10,038 nucleotides of DNA from assembly GCA_038727095.1 (NCBI GenBank), contig JAVYWK010000046.1, positions 1-10,038 on the forward strand, read 5' to 3'. This stretch comes from Thermofilaceae archaeon (GTDB lineage: Archaea > Thermoproteota > Thermoprotei > Thermofilales > Thermofilaceae). The translations under genes and the position numbers were made by a program. Of this stretch, positions 1 through 6,437 are shown piece by piece. The notes under the pieces were generated by a model that saw only the letters and a list, made by a program, of their open reading frames with translations, made no database searches and was not told the origin of the DNA. Within the stretch, counting starts at the first letter, position 1. Every line of letters starts with the position of its first letter.

Positions 1-680
1 CTAACAGCTTCGTCGATGAAGGCCTTAATGTCCAAATCCACGCTCTCCAGCGGCTGGGCGGCGAGGAACGCGATGTAGTTCCAGCTTAAGTTGGCGTAGT
101 AGACCTCCCATACTACCCCTCCTATCTCCAAGGTTGCCACACGCCTCCCGGCAGGCCTCGCTCCCCCACCCCTGTTGATCCAGATCATCAGCTCAGCCCC
201 GCCCTCCGGGCTGCTAGCCCCCGCTCTGCTGAACCAGATATCGTAGGCGGCATTCCAAACCCCTCCCACACTCTCCACGCCGATGCTCCATGTGGACCTC
301 GCCGCACGCAGCTCCTTCACCCGGACCGGCAGCCCGCTACCCTTTGTGCAGCTTCCCCAGTGGCAGCCCTTGTAGATGAACGGGTAGGCGGCCACGTTCT
401 GCGAGTTGTGCGTTGCTTCCACGACCTTGAAGTAAGTTGAGCCTGGATCAACCTCGATAACCTGCCTGCCCACTCCCGCGCCCGTACCCCAGACGTTGTT
501 GCAAACCCTGTACTCGCCCCCCATCACGTCGATGCAGTCCCACCTCCCCGAGAGCTTCACGAGCCTCCGCCCGGCCTCCACGGGCCTTTTCGCCTCCAGC
601 AGGAGAAAGAGGGCGGCAGAGGCTGCTAAGAGGGTGACCGCTATCGCTCCCACTTGCCAAAGCTTCGGTGCCGCTCGCAC
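1..680 (-). CDS. Glycoside hydrolase family 12 endoglucanase (Cel12A-like), N-terminally anchored or secreted; 3' end lies outside the window
   Basis: Not in the ORF track; translated by hand from GTG at 680: MRAAPKLWQVGAIAVTLLAASAALFLLLEAKRP...GRWDCIDVMGGEYRVCNNVWG...NVAAYPFIYKGCHWGSCT..SGLPVRV..L....STW...VWNAAYDIWF...GGAELMIWIN..GG..PAG..VAT..IGG..WEVYYA...WNYIAF......DLDIKAFIDEAV. GH12 signatures are NNVWG, YP, YDIWF and ELMIW (nucleophile Glu codon at 192-194). The hydrophobic N-terminal segment is a signal peptide or anchor. The acid/base Glu (GFE motif) would lie beyond position 1. Confidence 0.95.
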   Translation of the reverse strand, partial: MRAAPKLWQVGAIAVTLLAASAALFLLLEAKRPVEAGRRLVKLSGRWDCIDVMGGEYRVCNNVWGTGAGVGRQVIEVDPGSTYFKVVEATHNSQNVAAYPFIYKGCHWGSCTKGSGLPVRVKELRAARSTWSIGVESVGGVWNAAYDIWFSRAGASSPEGGAELMIWINRGGGARPAGRRVATLEIGGVVWEVYYANLSWNYIAFLAAQPLESVDLDIKAFIDEAV

Positions 681-699
681 AATCCCTACTTCGCAGGCA

Positions 700-710
700 C
701 TTTTATTAAC
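700..710 (-). promoter_or_regulatory. TATA-like box for the GH12 gene (minus strand GTTAATAAAAG), probably a leaderless transcript
   Basis: AT-rich island in GC-rich DNA, 20-30 nt upstream of the GTG at 680, matching archaeal TATA spacing. It could also serve the + strand if the 731 start is used. Confidence 0.6.
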
Positions 711-713
711 CGC

Positions 714-745
714 ACCGGCTGACGAAACCCGTGCTTGCAGCCGGT
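714..745. repeat. 8-bp perfect inverted repeat ACCGGCTG-N16-CAGCCGGT (candidate operator or hairpin)
   Basis: ACCGGCTG at 714-721 and its reverse complement CAGCCGGT at 738-745, between the divergent GH12 and isomerase genes. The repeat is seen directly; any function is inference. Confidence 0.55.
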
Positions 746-772
746 TTTAGGCGGGGGCTTCTGGAGGGTTCT

Positions 773-1654
773 GTGAGGCTGCCCTGGAAGATCAGCATCG
801 TCGCGTTCATGGCGAACCCCCTCCTCCAGAGGGAGGAGCAGGTTGATGAGACGATTAGGGTGCTCGCGAGCGACCCCTTCTTCGACGTGATTGAGCTGCA
901 CCCGATGAGCGAGCAAGCCTGGAGGCTGGCTGAGCCCGCGATCCAAGCGGGCGGAGTCGATGTTGTCTTCGGCGTCCAACCCCTCATCATCAACCGGGGC
1001 TTCAACCCGTCGACCCTCGACGAGGGCGAGCGGAGGAAGGCCGTGGAGATGCTGATCGAATCCGCGAAGCTGGCCGCCTCACGCGGGGCTAGGGCCCTCG
1101 CGTTCTGCAGCGGCCCCGACCCGGGCCCGGCCGATAGGGGGGCAGCAATCGACTCCCTCGTCAGGAGCATCAAGGAGGTTGCGGTTGAAGCTGGGAGACT
1201 GGGAGTAGAGCTGATCCTCGAGACTTTCGATAGGGATTGGGACCGGAGGAGGCTGATCGGCCCGCTCTCAGACGCAGTTAAGGTGGCTGAGGAGGTGAAA
1301 GCGGAGTTCGGGAACTTCGGCCTCCTCTGGGACCTCAGCCACGCGCCGATGCTCAACGAGAGCCCCCACGATCTCAAGCGGGCTCGCGACTACTTGGCTC
1401 ACGTGCACATCGGCTGCGCCAAGCGGCTCCCCGACGGGCGGCTCGTGGACTCGCACCCGGGCTTCTACAGGCCGGGCGCCATAAACGGTGTTGAAGAAGT
1501 GGCCGAGCTCATCAGGGTGCTTCTCGAGATCGGCTACAGGAGGGCTGTGGGTTTCGAAGTGAAGCCGGAGGAGGGGCAGATCTGGAGGGAGCCCGTTGAA
1601 GCCGCGAAGGGGGTTCTCTACACAGCCCTCGCGAAGGTTGCGGGGGAAGCTTAG
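773..1654 (+). CDS. Sugar phosphate isomerase/epimerase, xylose-isomerase-like TIM barrel (AP_endonuc_2 superfamily)
   Basis: Metal-ligand pattern ILETFD...LWDLSH...HVHIG...DSHP...GFEVKP, plus the typical 'nPSTLDEGERRKAVE...A...GA' and 'SGPDP' segments. The ORF is open from GTG 731. GTG 773 is preferred because of GGAGG at 763-767 and TTTTAG at 745-750. Substrate unknown. Confidence 0.88.
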   Translation: MRLPWKISIVAFMANPLLQREEQVDETIRVLASDPFFDVIELHPMSEQAWRLAEPAIQAGGVDVVFGVQPLIINRGFNPSTLDEGERRKAVEMLIESAKLAASRGARALAFCSGPDPGPADRGAAIDSLVRSIKEVAVEAGRLGVELILETFDRDWDRRRLIGPLSDAVKVAEEVKAEFGNFGLLWDLSHAPMLNESPHDLKRARDYLAHVHIGCAKRLPDGRLVDSHPGFYRPGAINGVEEVAELIRVLLEIGYRRAVGFEVKPEEGQIWREPVEAAKGVLYTALAKVAGEA

Positions 1655-1710
1655 GAGGTTGAGGCGAGAAACCTATCCCCTGGATCGCCGGCGAGCCGGG
1701 AGCGCTACGC

Positions 1711-1718
1711 TTAAGTTT
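1711..1718 (+). promoter_or_regulatory. Possible TATA-like box (TTAAGTTT) for the transglutaminase-like gene
   Basis: AT-rich element about 28-35 nt upstream of the in-frame TTG at 1746. Confidence 0.35.
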
Positions 1719-1745
1719 CGTGCAGCGATCCTACTTAGAGAAAAG

Positions 1746-3719
1746 TTGGCTCTGGAACGGTTGGATCTGCTATTGACTGCCGCCCTCTGCCTCCTACTGG
1801 CGGTACCGGTCGTCAGCGGGGCTCCCGGGCTCGTGAGGATCGCTGGCGTCGAGTTTGGGAGCCTCGTAGGGGACCAGTTTCTGCCGAGGCCCTCAAGGGT
1901 TTTCGGCAGCGGCGAAGCCGTGTTAGTGAAAGTTACGGTATCCGCCTCATCCACCTCGGGCGGCACGCTCGTCGTTAGGGGCGCTCTCGTTCACCCGCTC
2001 GGGCCCGTGCTTTCCGAAGCTTCCTCCAAGCTCGAGGTGCCAGCGGGCTCCAGCAGTTGGGACGTCCTCTTCAAGTTCAGGGTTGACCAACGACTCCCCT
2101 CGGGCTACTACAGGGTCTTCGTTAAAGCCTCGCTAGCGGGGGTGGAGGCTGGCTACGAGGCGGCCTTCCTCCTCCTCGCCCCAGCCACGCTTGAGAATCG
2201 ATTGGAGCTGGAGTACGCGCTGGAGGTTAGCGGGACTGGTTTTGTGAAAACTCTCCTGCTGGCTCTGCCCAACGACCCAACGCTAGAGGTCGTAGCCGGC
2301 CCGATAATCACCCCTTCGCCCTCCTCGATAGTTGTAGACGAGTTGGGGAACCGCTACGCTCTCTTTGAGGATTTGAAGGTGGAGCGCCCGCTCAGGATCA
2401 CGGTGACCCTTTTCGCGCTTCAAAGAATGAGATGGGTCGCAGTCGACGCCGCCCTTGGAGCTCCGCTCCCCCCGGAGGCGAGAAGGTTTCTAGAGCCGAG
2501 CCCCTACATCGAGTCGAATGCGCCCGAGATCGTCTCGCTCGCAGAGAGGCTGGTGAGCGGGGCTACAACCTACCGGGAGGCTCTCACCAGGATATCTGAC
2601 TTCGTATCCACCCACCTGGTGTACGATGAAAGCATCAGCGAGCTACCCAACTACCGCGCCCTGGGTGCCCTCTGGGCGCTACACGCGAGGAAGGGCGCGT
2701 GCGTCCAATTCGCCCGCCTCTACGTCGCCCTAGCTCGGGCTGCGGGGATTCCGGCGCGCGTAGTGGAGGGCTTCGATGCGAAACCCCCCGCGGTTTCTGG
2801 AGAGCGCTACGCGCACGCTTACGTCGAGGTCTACGTGCCGGGCTACGGCTGGCTTCCGGTGGAGCCGCAGTACCCCGGCTCGACTCTAGGCCTCACACCG
2901 CCCGCGCTCGGGTACATCGCGGTGGTCAGGGGATCCGACAGCCCAGTGGAGCTGGCGGGCGAACGGAGGGGGCCATCGCTCTTCCTACTGACCTACTCGG
3001 GATCGCTCTACGCCACTCTAAGCTACACGGCCTCCATGGTGCCGTTGCAGCCGCAGTTGAAGCGTTTCACCGTGGATGCGGCGGTGCCTTCCCAGGCCCT
3101 CTACGGGGAAGTGCTGCTGCTCAAGCCTGAAGCCGCCGTTAGGGGGGCCAACTGCGAGGTAAGTATCCGGAGCCCCGCGTCAGCATACCTGCTTTCTCTC
3201 AGCTGCGGCAGGCCGATCGAGGTTGAGCTCAACGAGACAGGATCGTGGTCGATCGGTATCTTCGCGTGGGCGGCAGGGTGCGAGCCCTTCTACGGGAGCT
3301 GGACGATTCAAGTGAAGCCCAGGCCCCTCAACCTTACAGTTAGAGTCGTCGATGCGATGCTCCTGCGGCAAGCGGCAATCATCGTGGAAACCGTACCGCC
3401 TGTGAGCGGGGCGCGAATTCTAGTCGAAGTCGAAGCTTGCGATTTCGCGGGGAGATTCACCGCGGAAACAGGCCCGGACGGCACAGCCATCCTTCGCGTC
3501 GGTCCACTACTCCTCCCCTGCGTGCTCAAAGTTGCTGCTTCCACCTCCCCCCGCGGTTACGAGCCAGCCGCCGCAACGGTCAACCTGATTGTAGCGCCTT
3601 CGCCTGAGCTCATAGCAGCAGCCGCGCTGCTAACCCTTCTTACCGTTCTGCTTAAGCGTAAGCATCGAGCGAAGGCGGGGGAGGGTTTTGGCGGTGAGCT
3701 GCCTGAACCATGGGTCTAG
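1746..3719 (+). CDS. Transglutaminase-like (papain-fold, putative cysteine protease) cell-surface protein with signal peptide and C-terminal membrane anchor
   Basis: Core motifs FLEPSPYIES..PEI..LA, GACVQFARLYVALARAAGIPARVVEG (Cys 2700-2702) and HAYVEVYVPGYGWLPVEP (His 2814-2816, Glu 2862-2864). Signal peptide LLLTAALCLLLAVPVVSG; C-terminal PELIAAAALLTLLTVLL followed by KRKHRAK. The track start at 1596 overlaps the upstream gene; TTG 1746 (or 1761) directly precedes the signal peptide. Confidence 0.88.
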   Translation: MALERLDLLLTAALCLLLAVPVVSGAPGLVRIAGVEFGSLVGDQFLPRPSRVFGSGEAVLVKVTVSASSTSGGTLVVRGALVHPLGPVLSEASSKLEVPAGSSSWDVLFKFRVDQRLPSGYYRVFVKASLAGVEAGYEAAFLLLAPATLENRLELEYALEVSGTGFVKTLLLALPNDPTLEVVAGPIITPSPSSIVVDELGNRYALFEDLKVERPLRITVTLFALQRMRWVAVDAALGAPLPPEARRFLEPSPYIESNAPEIVSLAERLVSGATTYREALTRISDFVSTHLVYDESISELPNYRALGALWALHARKGACVQFARLYVALARAAGIPARVVEGFDAKPPAVSGERYAHAYVEVYVPGYGWLPVEPQYPGSTLGLTPPALGYIAVVRGSDSPVELAGERRGPSLFLLTYSGSLYATLSYTASMVPLQPQLKRFTVDAAVPSQALYGEVLLLKPEAAVRGANCEVSIRSPASAYLLSLSCGRPIEVELNETGSWSIGIFAWAAGCEPFYGSWTIQVKPRPLNLTVRVVDAMLLRQAAIIVETVPPVSGARILVEVEACDFAGRFTAETGPDGTAILRVGPLLLPCVLKVAASTSPRGYEPAAATVNLIVAPSPELIAAAALLTLLTVLLKRKHRAKAGEGFGGELPEPWV

Positions 3720-5102
3720 CAGATAGGTGAGAGCGAAGTACGTGAGGGCGGCCGCGGTTAGGGATACTGCTAGTTCACGGATCCTCATCGGCCGAATCAT
3801 GTACGCGGCAGCTGCCGCCGCTAGCGCCGCTAGTGTGAAGCGTAGAGCGCTTCCGGAGGCTCTCGCCAGCGCGCGACCCGCTCTAGCCCAGGATGCCAGG
3901 ATCGAGGTTTCGACGATCAGTAAGGCCAGCCACGCGCTCCTGCAAAGCGCGGCAGCCTTGACCGGGTCCTTCACCGCCAGCGCGATCAGTGCGATGAGAG
4001 CGATGCCGGCCGAGGTCCTGGCGCAGGCGAGCAACTGGACGCGGAGTATCCTGGATCGGAGCATCTCCCTCAGCCCCGCTCCCTCCAGATCCCTCCGTTC
4101 AAGGCCTTGCACCGCGTCCGAGAACATGGAGCCGACCGAGCTGACAGCGGCCGCGAAGGCTGAAATCGCTAGGACGGTGGACGCTACGCTGTACTCGGGC
4201 CTCAAGACGTACAGCAGGTAGGGAGCCGTGACGGCCGCACCGATTGAGCTGGGTATTGCTAGCAGGGTGACCAGCCGGACGGCTTCCTCGATGAGCCTCT
4301 CGCCTTCTATCGATCCTGCTAGCAGCGCGGGGTAGAGGCCCCTAGCCAAGAAGTAGGAGTAGGAGACAGCGTTCGTGAAGGGGAGGACCACGGTGTAGTA
4401 CGCGACAGCGTCGTTCGATACGAAAGCCGATAGGAGGAGGACGTCCATCCCGCCGATCAGCGGGGGCAGTAGGGATAGGGCGCTCACGGGGGAGAGAGAC
4501 AGGATCCTGACGGCTATCCCGCGGCTGAACCCCTTCCTCAAGTCGCCGCGCATGAGCCACGCCAGCACCGCTACCTGAGCGATGTACCCCGCCAGCACGG
4601 CGAGCAAAGCCGCTGCCAAGCTGACCTTTCGAAGGGCCACTACCGCGACTGCGGAGAGGAGCTTGACGGTCTCGAACGCGGCCTCGGAGGCTGCGGCATA
4701 CACGGGTTTGGCGCCTAAGGCAGCCGCATAGAGGGCGGAGTTGGCGTAGAGCGTGGGGACGTACCAGGCTGAGACCAGAAGCGCGTCAAGCGGTAAGTGG
4801 AAGGTGCTGGCAACCTGCAGCGAGGCCGCCACGTACACAACGGTTGCGGGGAGAGCGAATGCCGAGGAGAGGTAGAGAGCTGTCGGTGTGGCTTCGACGG
4901 CCCCGGAGGCTCTCAGCCTCGTCGTCCAGAAATTGATGAAGGTTAGGGCTGCAGCGTAACCTAGCAGGTTGGAGATCGTGCTCCAAGCCCCAAACTCGCT
5001 TACGCTGAGGTTGCGAGTGATGAGGAGGATGAAAAGGGCACCCGTTAAGATGCTGTAGAGCTTCACCAGGTAGAAGGCGGCGCCGATCCTTCTCAAGCTC
5101 AA
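3630..5102 (-). CDS. MOP/MATE-superfamily polysaccharide or oligosaccharide flippase (Wzx/RfbX-like)
   Basis: 490 aa, highly hydrophobic with about 12-14 TM segments. Family-typical 'LITRNLSVSEFGAWS', 'DVLLL..F.S.DAVAYY' and 'APYLLYVLRPEY..A..VL.I'. The TTG start overlaps the Nudix TGA stop (TTGA, 5099-5102). Confidence 0.85.
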   Translation of the reverse strand: MSLRRIGAAFYLVKLYSILTGALFILLITRNLSVSEFGAWSTISNLLGYAAALTFINFWTTRLRASGAVEATPTALYLSSAFALPATVVYVAASLQVASTFHLPLDALLVSAWYVPTLYANSALYAAALGAKPVYAAASEAAFETVKLLSAVAVVALRKVSLAAALLAVLAGYIAQVAVLAWLMRGDLRKGFSRGIAVRILSLSPVSALSLLPPLIGGMDVLLLSAFVSNDAVAYYTVVLPFTNAVSYSYFLARGLYPALLAGSIEGERLIEEAVRLVTLLAIPSSIGAAVTAPYLLYVLRPEYSVASTVLAISAFAAAVSSVGSMFSDAVQGLERRDLEGAGLREMLRSRILRVQLLACARTSAGIALIALIALAVKDPVKAAALCRSAWLALLIVETSILASWARAGRALARASGSALRFTLAALAAAAAAYMIRPMRIRELAVSLTAAALTYFALTYLLDPWFRQLTAKTLPRLRSMLTLKQNGKKG

Positions 5103-5623
5103 AGCAGACCCCTCGCCTTGCAGAGGAGGAGGGAGGCTACGGTCTTCAAGTCGCGCGGGGTACTGCCGGCTCCGTAGAGGTACTCGTCAGCGTCGACTTC
5201 CACAACCTTCAGTACTTCGCCCGGCTCCGGGTGGGCCCTCCCCTTCGAAAGCTGGAGCGCAGCGTAGAAGTGCATCACTTCGTCGCTGTAGCCGGGCGTA
5301 GCGTAGAAGCTGCCCAGCTCAACGAGGGAACCGGCGATGTAACCGGTCTCCTCCTCCAGCTCCCTGACCGCCGCCTCGCGGGGGTCTTCACCCTGCTCCA
5401 GCTTGCCGGCCGGGACCTCAAGCACCCATGACTGTATCGGGGCTCTCCACTGCTTTACCATCAGCACCCTTCCGCCGCCTAGAATCGGGACGACGATCAC
5501 CGCCTCGCCGAAGGCTACCACGTCCCTCTCGAAGACGACGCCTCCAGCCTCAACCCTCCTCCTCAGCAGCTTCAAGCGCCTACCGACTGCCAGAAGCTCG
5601 TCGCCCAGTACGCGGGGCTCCAC
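5099..5623 (-). CDS. nudF: Nudix hydrolase, ADP-ribose pyrophosphatase (NudF-like) subfamily
   Basis: Complete Nudix box GKLEQGEDPREAAVRELEEETGY, upstream 'VKQWRAP....LEVPAG', downstream 'FYATPGYSDE' with the ADPRase-type proline, and C-terminal 'DLKT'. Confidence 0.92.
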   Translation of the reverse strand: MEPRVLGDELLAVGRRLKLLRRRVEAGGVVFERDVVAFGEAVIVVPILGGGRVLMVKQWRAPIQSWVLEVPAGKLEQGEDPREAAVRELEEETGYIAGSLVELGSFYATPGYSDEVMHFYAALQLSKGRAHPEPGEVLKVVEVDADEYLYGAGSTPRDLKTVASLLLCKARGLL

Positions 5624-5632
5624 GATCCGCCC

Positions 5633-6097
5633 TCAAGCAGTGATTTTAACCGTTTTCGGTTTCAAGCCGGCCCTCTCGAACGCTGACAGGATCCTAGCAG
5701 TGCAGGCTTCAAGGTCTCCGCTGCACTTGAGCAGGTGGGAGCGGCACTTTCGGCGGCAGTCGCTTGCGCCAAAACCCGGAATGGGGTGCTCAAAGCCGTC
5801 GGCCTCCAGCGGGGGCACAAGCACGCACTCGCTCTCCCGCGTCTCCGCGTAGAAGACCATTACCGCATCGGCCCCTCCGGTGATCTGATCGATGTGCCAC
5901 CTCAACCTCTTGGCGCGCCTCAAATGGCGCTCCACTCTAGCCCTCAGCCCGCCGGGCCCTCTGGCAGACCCCACGTAGACGTAGTAGCCCGGCTCCAGCC
6001 TGTACTGGAGACCGCGGATACTCAAATGCAGCGGTGCACTCACTCTGAGTAGGAGCGCGTAGACTCCCGCGCTTCTAGGTAGATCCACCCTTAACAC
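5633..6097 (-). CDS. DUF123 / GIY-YIG (Uri superfamily) endonuclease-like protein
   Basis: GVYALLL...GYYVYVGSARGPGGLRARVERH...RWHID...EC...IPGFGASDC...CRSHL, the diagnostic DUF123 motif string. Confidence 0.9.
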   Translation of the reverse strand: MLRVDLPRSAGVYALLLRVSAPLHLSIRGLQYRLEPGYYVYVGSARGPGGLRARVERHLRRAKRLRWHIDQITGGADAVMVFYAETRESECVLVPPLEADGFEHPIPGFGASDCRRKCRSHLLKCSGDLEACTARILSAFERAGLKPKTVKITA

Positions 6098-6362
6098 CCC
6101 CCCCAGCGACCCTCACGTGCAGCTGCACCGCAGGAGCGACTGTTCTCAGCGCCTCATCAACTTCCCGAGCAACTTCCTCTACTTCGCCGACCTGGCAGAT
6201 TAGTTCCGCCCTGGCCTTGCTGGGCTCCAGAAGCAGGACTCCGACCGGCCCGCGCTTGTAAAGGATGAACTCGTAGGCGTGCCAGCGGACGTAGAAACCC
6301 CTCCTCCTGAGCTCCTGCACGAGCGTAATCCTAGCCGAGAGGGATGCGAGACGCCACGCCAC
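6075..6362 (-). CDS. Small hypothetical protein (~95 aa), first gene of the minus-strand operon
   Basis: Protein-like alpha/beta pattern (ELRRRGFYVRWHAYEFILYKRGPVGVLLLEP...EVEEVAREVDEALR). It fills the gap before DUF123 and overlaps it by 23 nt. The track start at 6479 collides with the divergent gene; GTG 6362 has an AT-rich GGAATAAC about 25 nt upstream. Confidence 0.65.
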   Translation of the reverse strand: MAWRLASLSARITLVQELRRRGFYVRWHAYEFILYKRGPVGVLLLEPSKARAELICQVGEVEEVAREVDEALRTVAPAVQLHVRVAGGGVKGGST

Positions 6363-6408
6363 TTGCGCGGGGAGAGTTAGAGCTGTTATTCCTTGTGCCG
6401 CGCAGAGC

Positions 6409-6414
6409 TTTAAG
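6409..6414 (+). promoter_or_regulatory. TATA-like box TTTAAG for the methionine synthase gene
   Basis: 24-29 nt upstream of the in-frame GTG at 6438 (leaderless spacing), in a divergent intergenic region. Confidence 0.5.
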
Positions 6415-6437
6415 AGTGGGCATTGGCGGCTGAATCC

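Noticed and set aside
448-1456. Track ORFs 448-660, 496-750, 686-979, 706-1377 and 1268-1456
   Set aside because: Alternate-frame or antisense shadows of the GH12 and isomerase genes, with no motifs; expected in GC-rich DNA.
1596-1745. Arg-rich N-terminal extension of the 707-aa ORF
   Set aside because: It overlaps the isomerase 3' end and the intergenic region and would bury the signal peptide. The RRLR/RRR runs are not a convincing Tat motif.
4934-5024. TGATGA (4934-4939), CTGA (5005-5008) and GTGATGA (5017-5023), resembling a C/D box sRNA antisense to the flippase
   Set aside because: The C-to-D span of about 75 nt is long, there is no clear D'/C' pair, and the hexamers are explained by TTC ATC A / CTC ATC A codons on the coding strand. 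Other TGATGA hits (near 844, 7246 and 9383) lack a suitably placed D box.
1673-6052. Track ORFs 1673-1966, 2699-3130, 3180-3371, 3308-3544, 3727-4221, 4342-4560, 4786-4986, 5231-5431, 5403-5852, 5428-5643 and 5735-6052
   Set aside because: They lie within or across well-supported CDS in other frames or strands and translate to low-complexity Ala/Arg/Ser-rich sequence.
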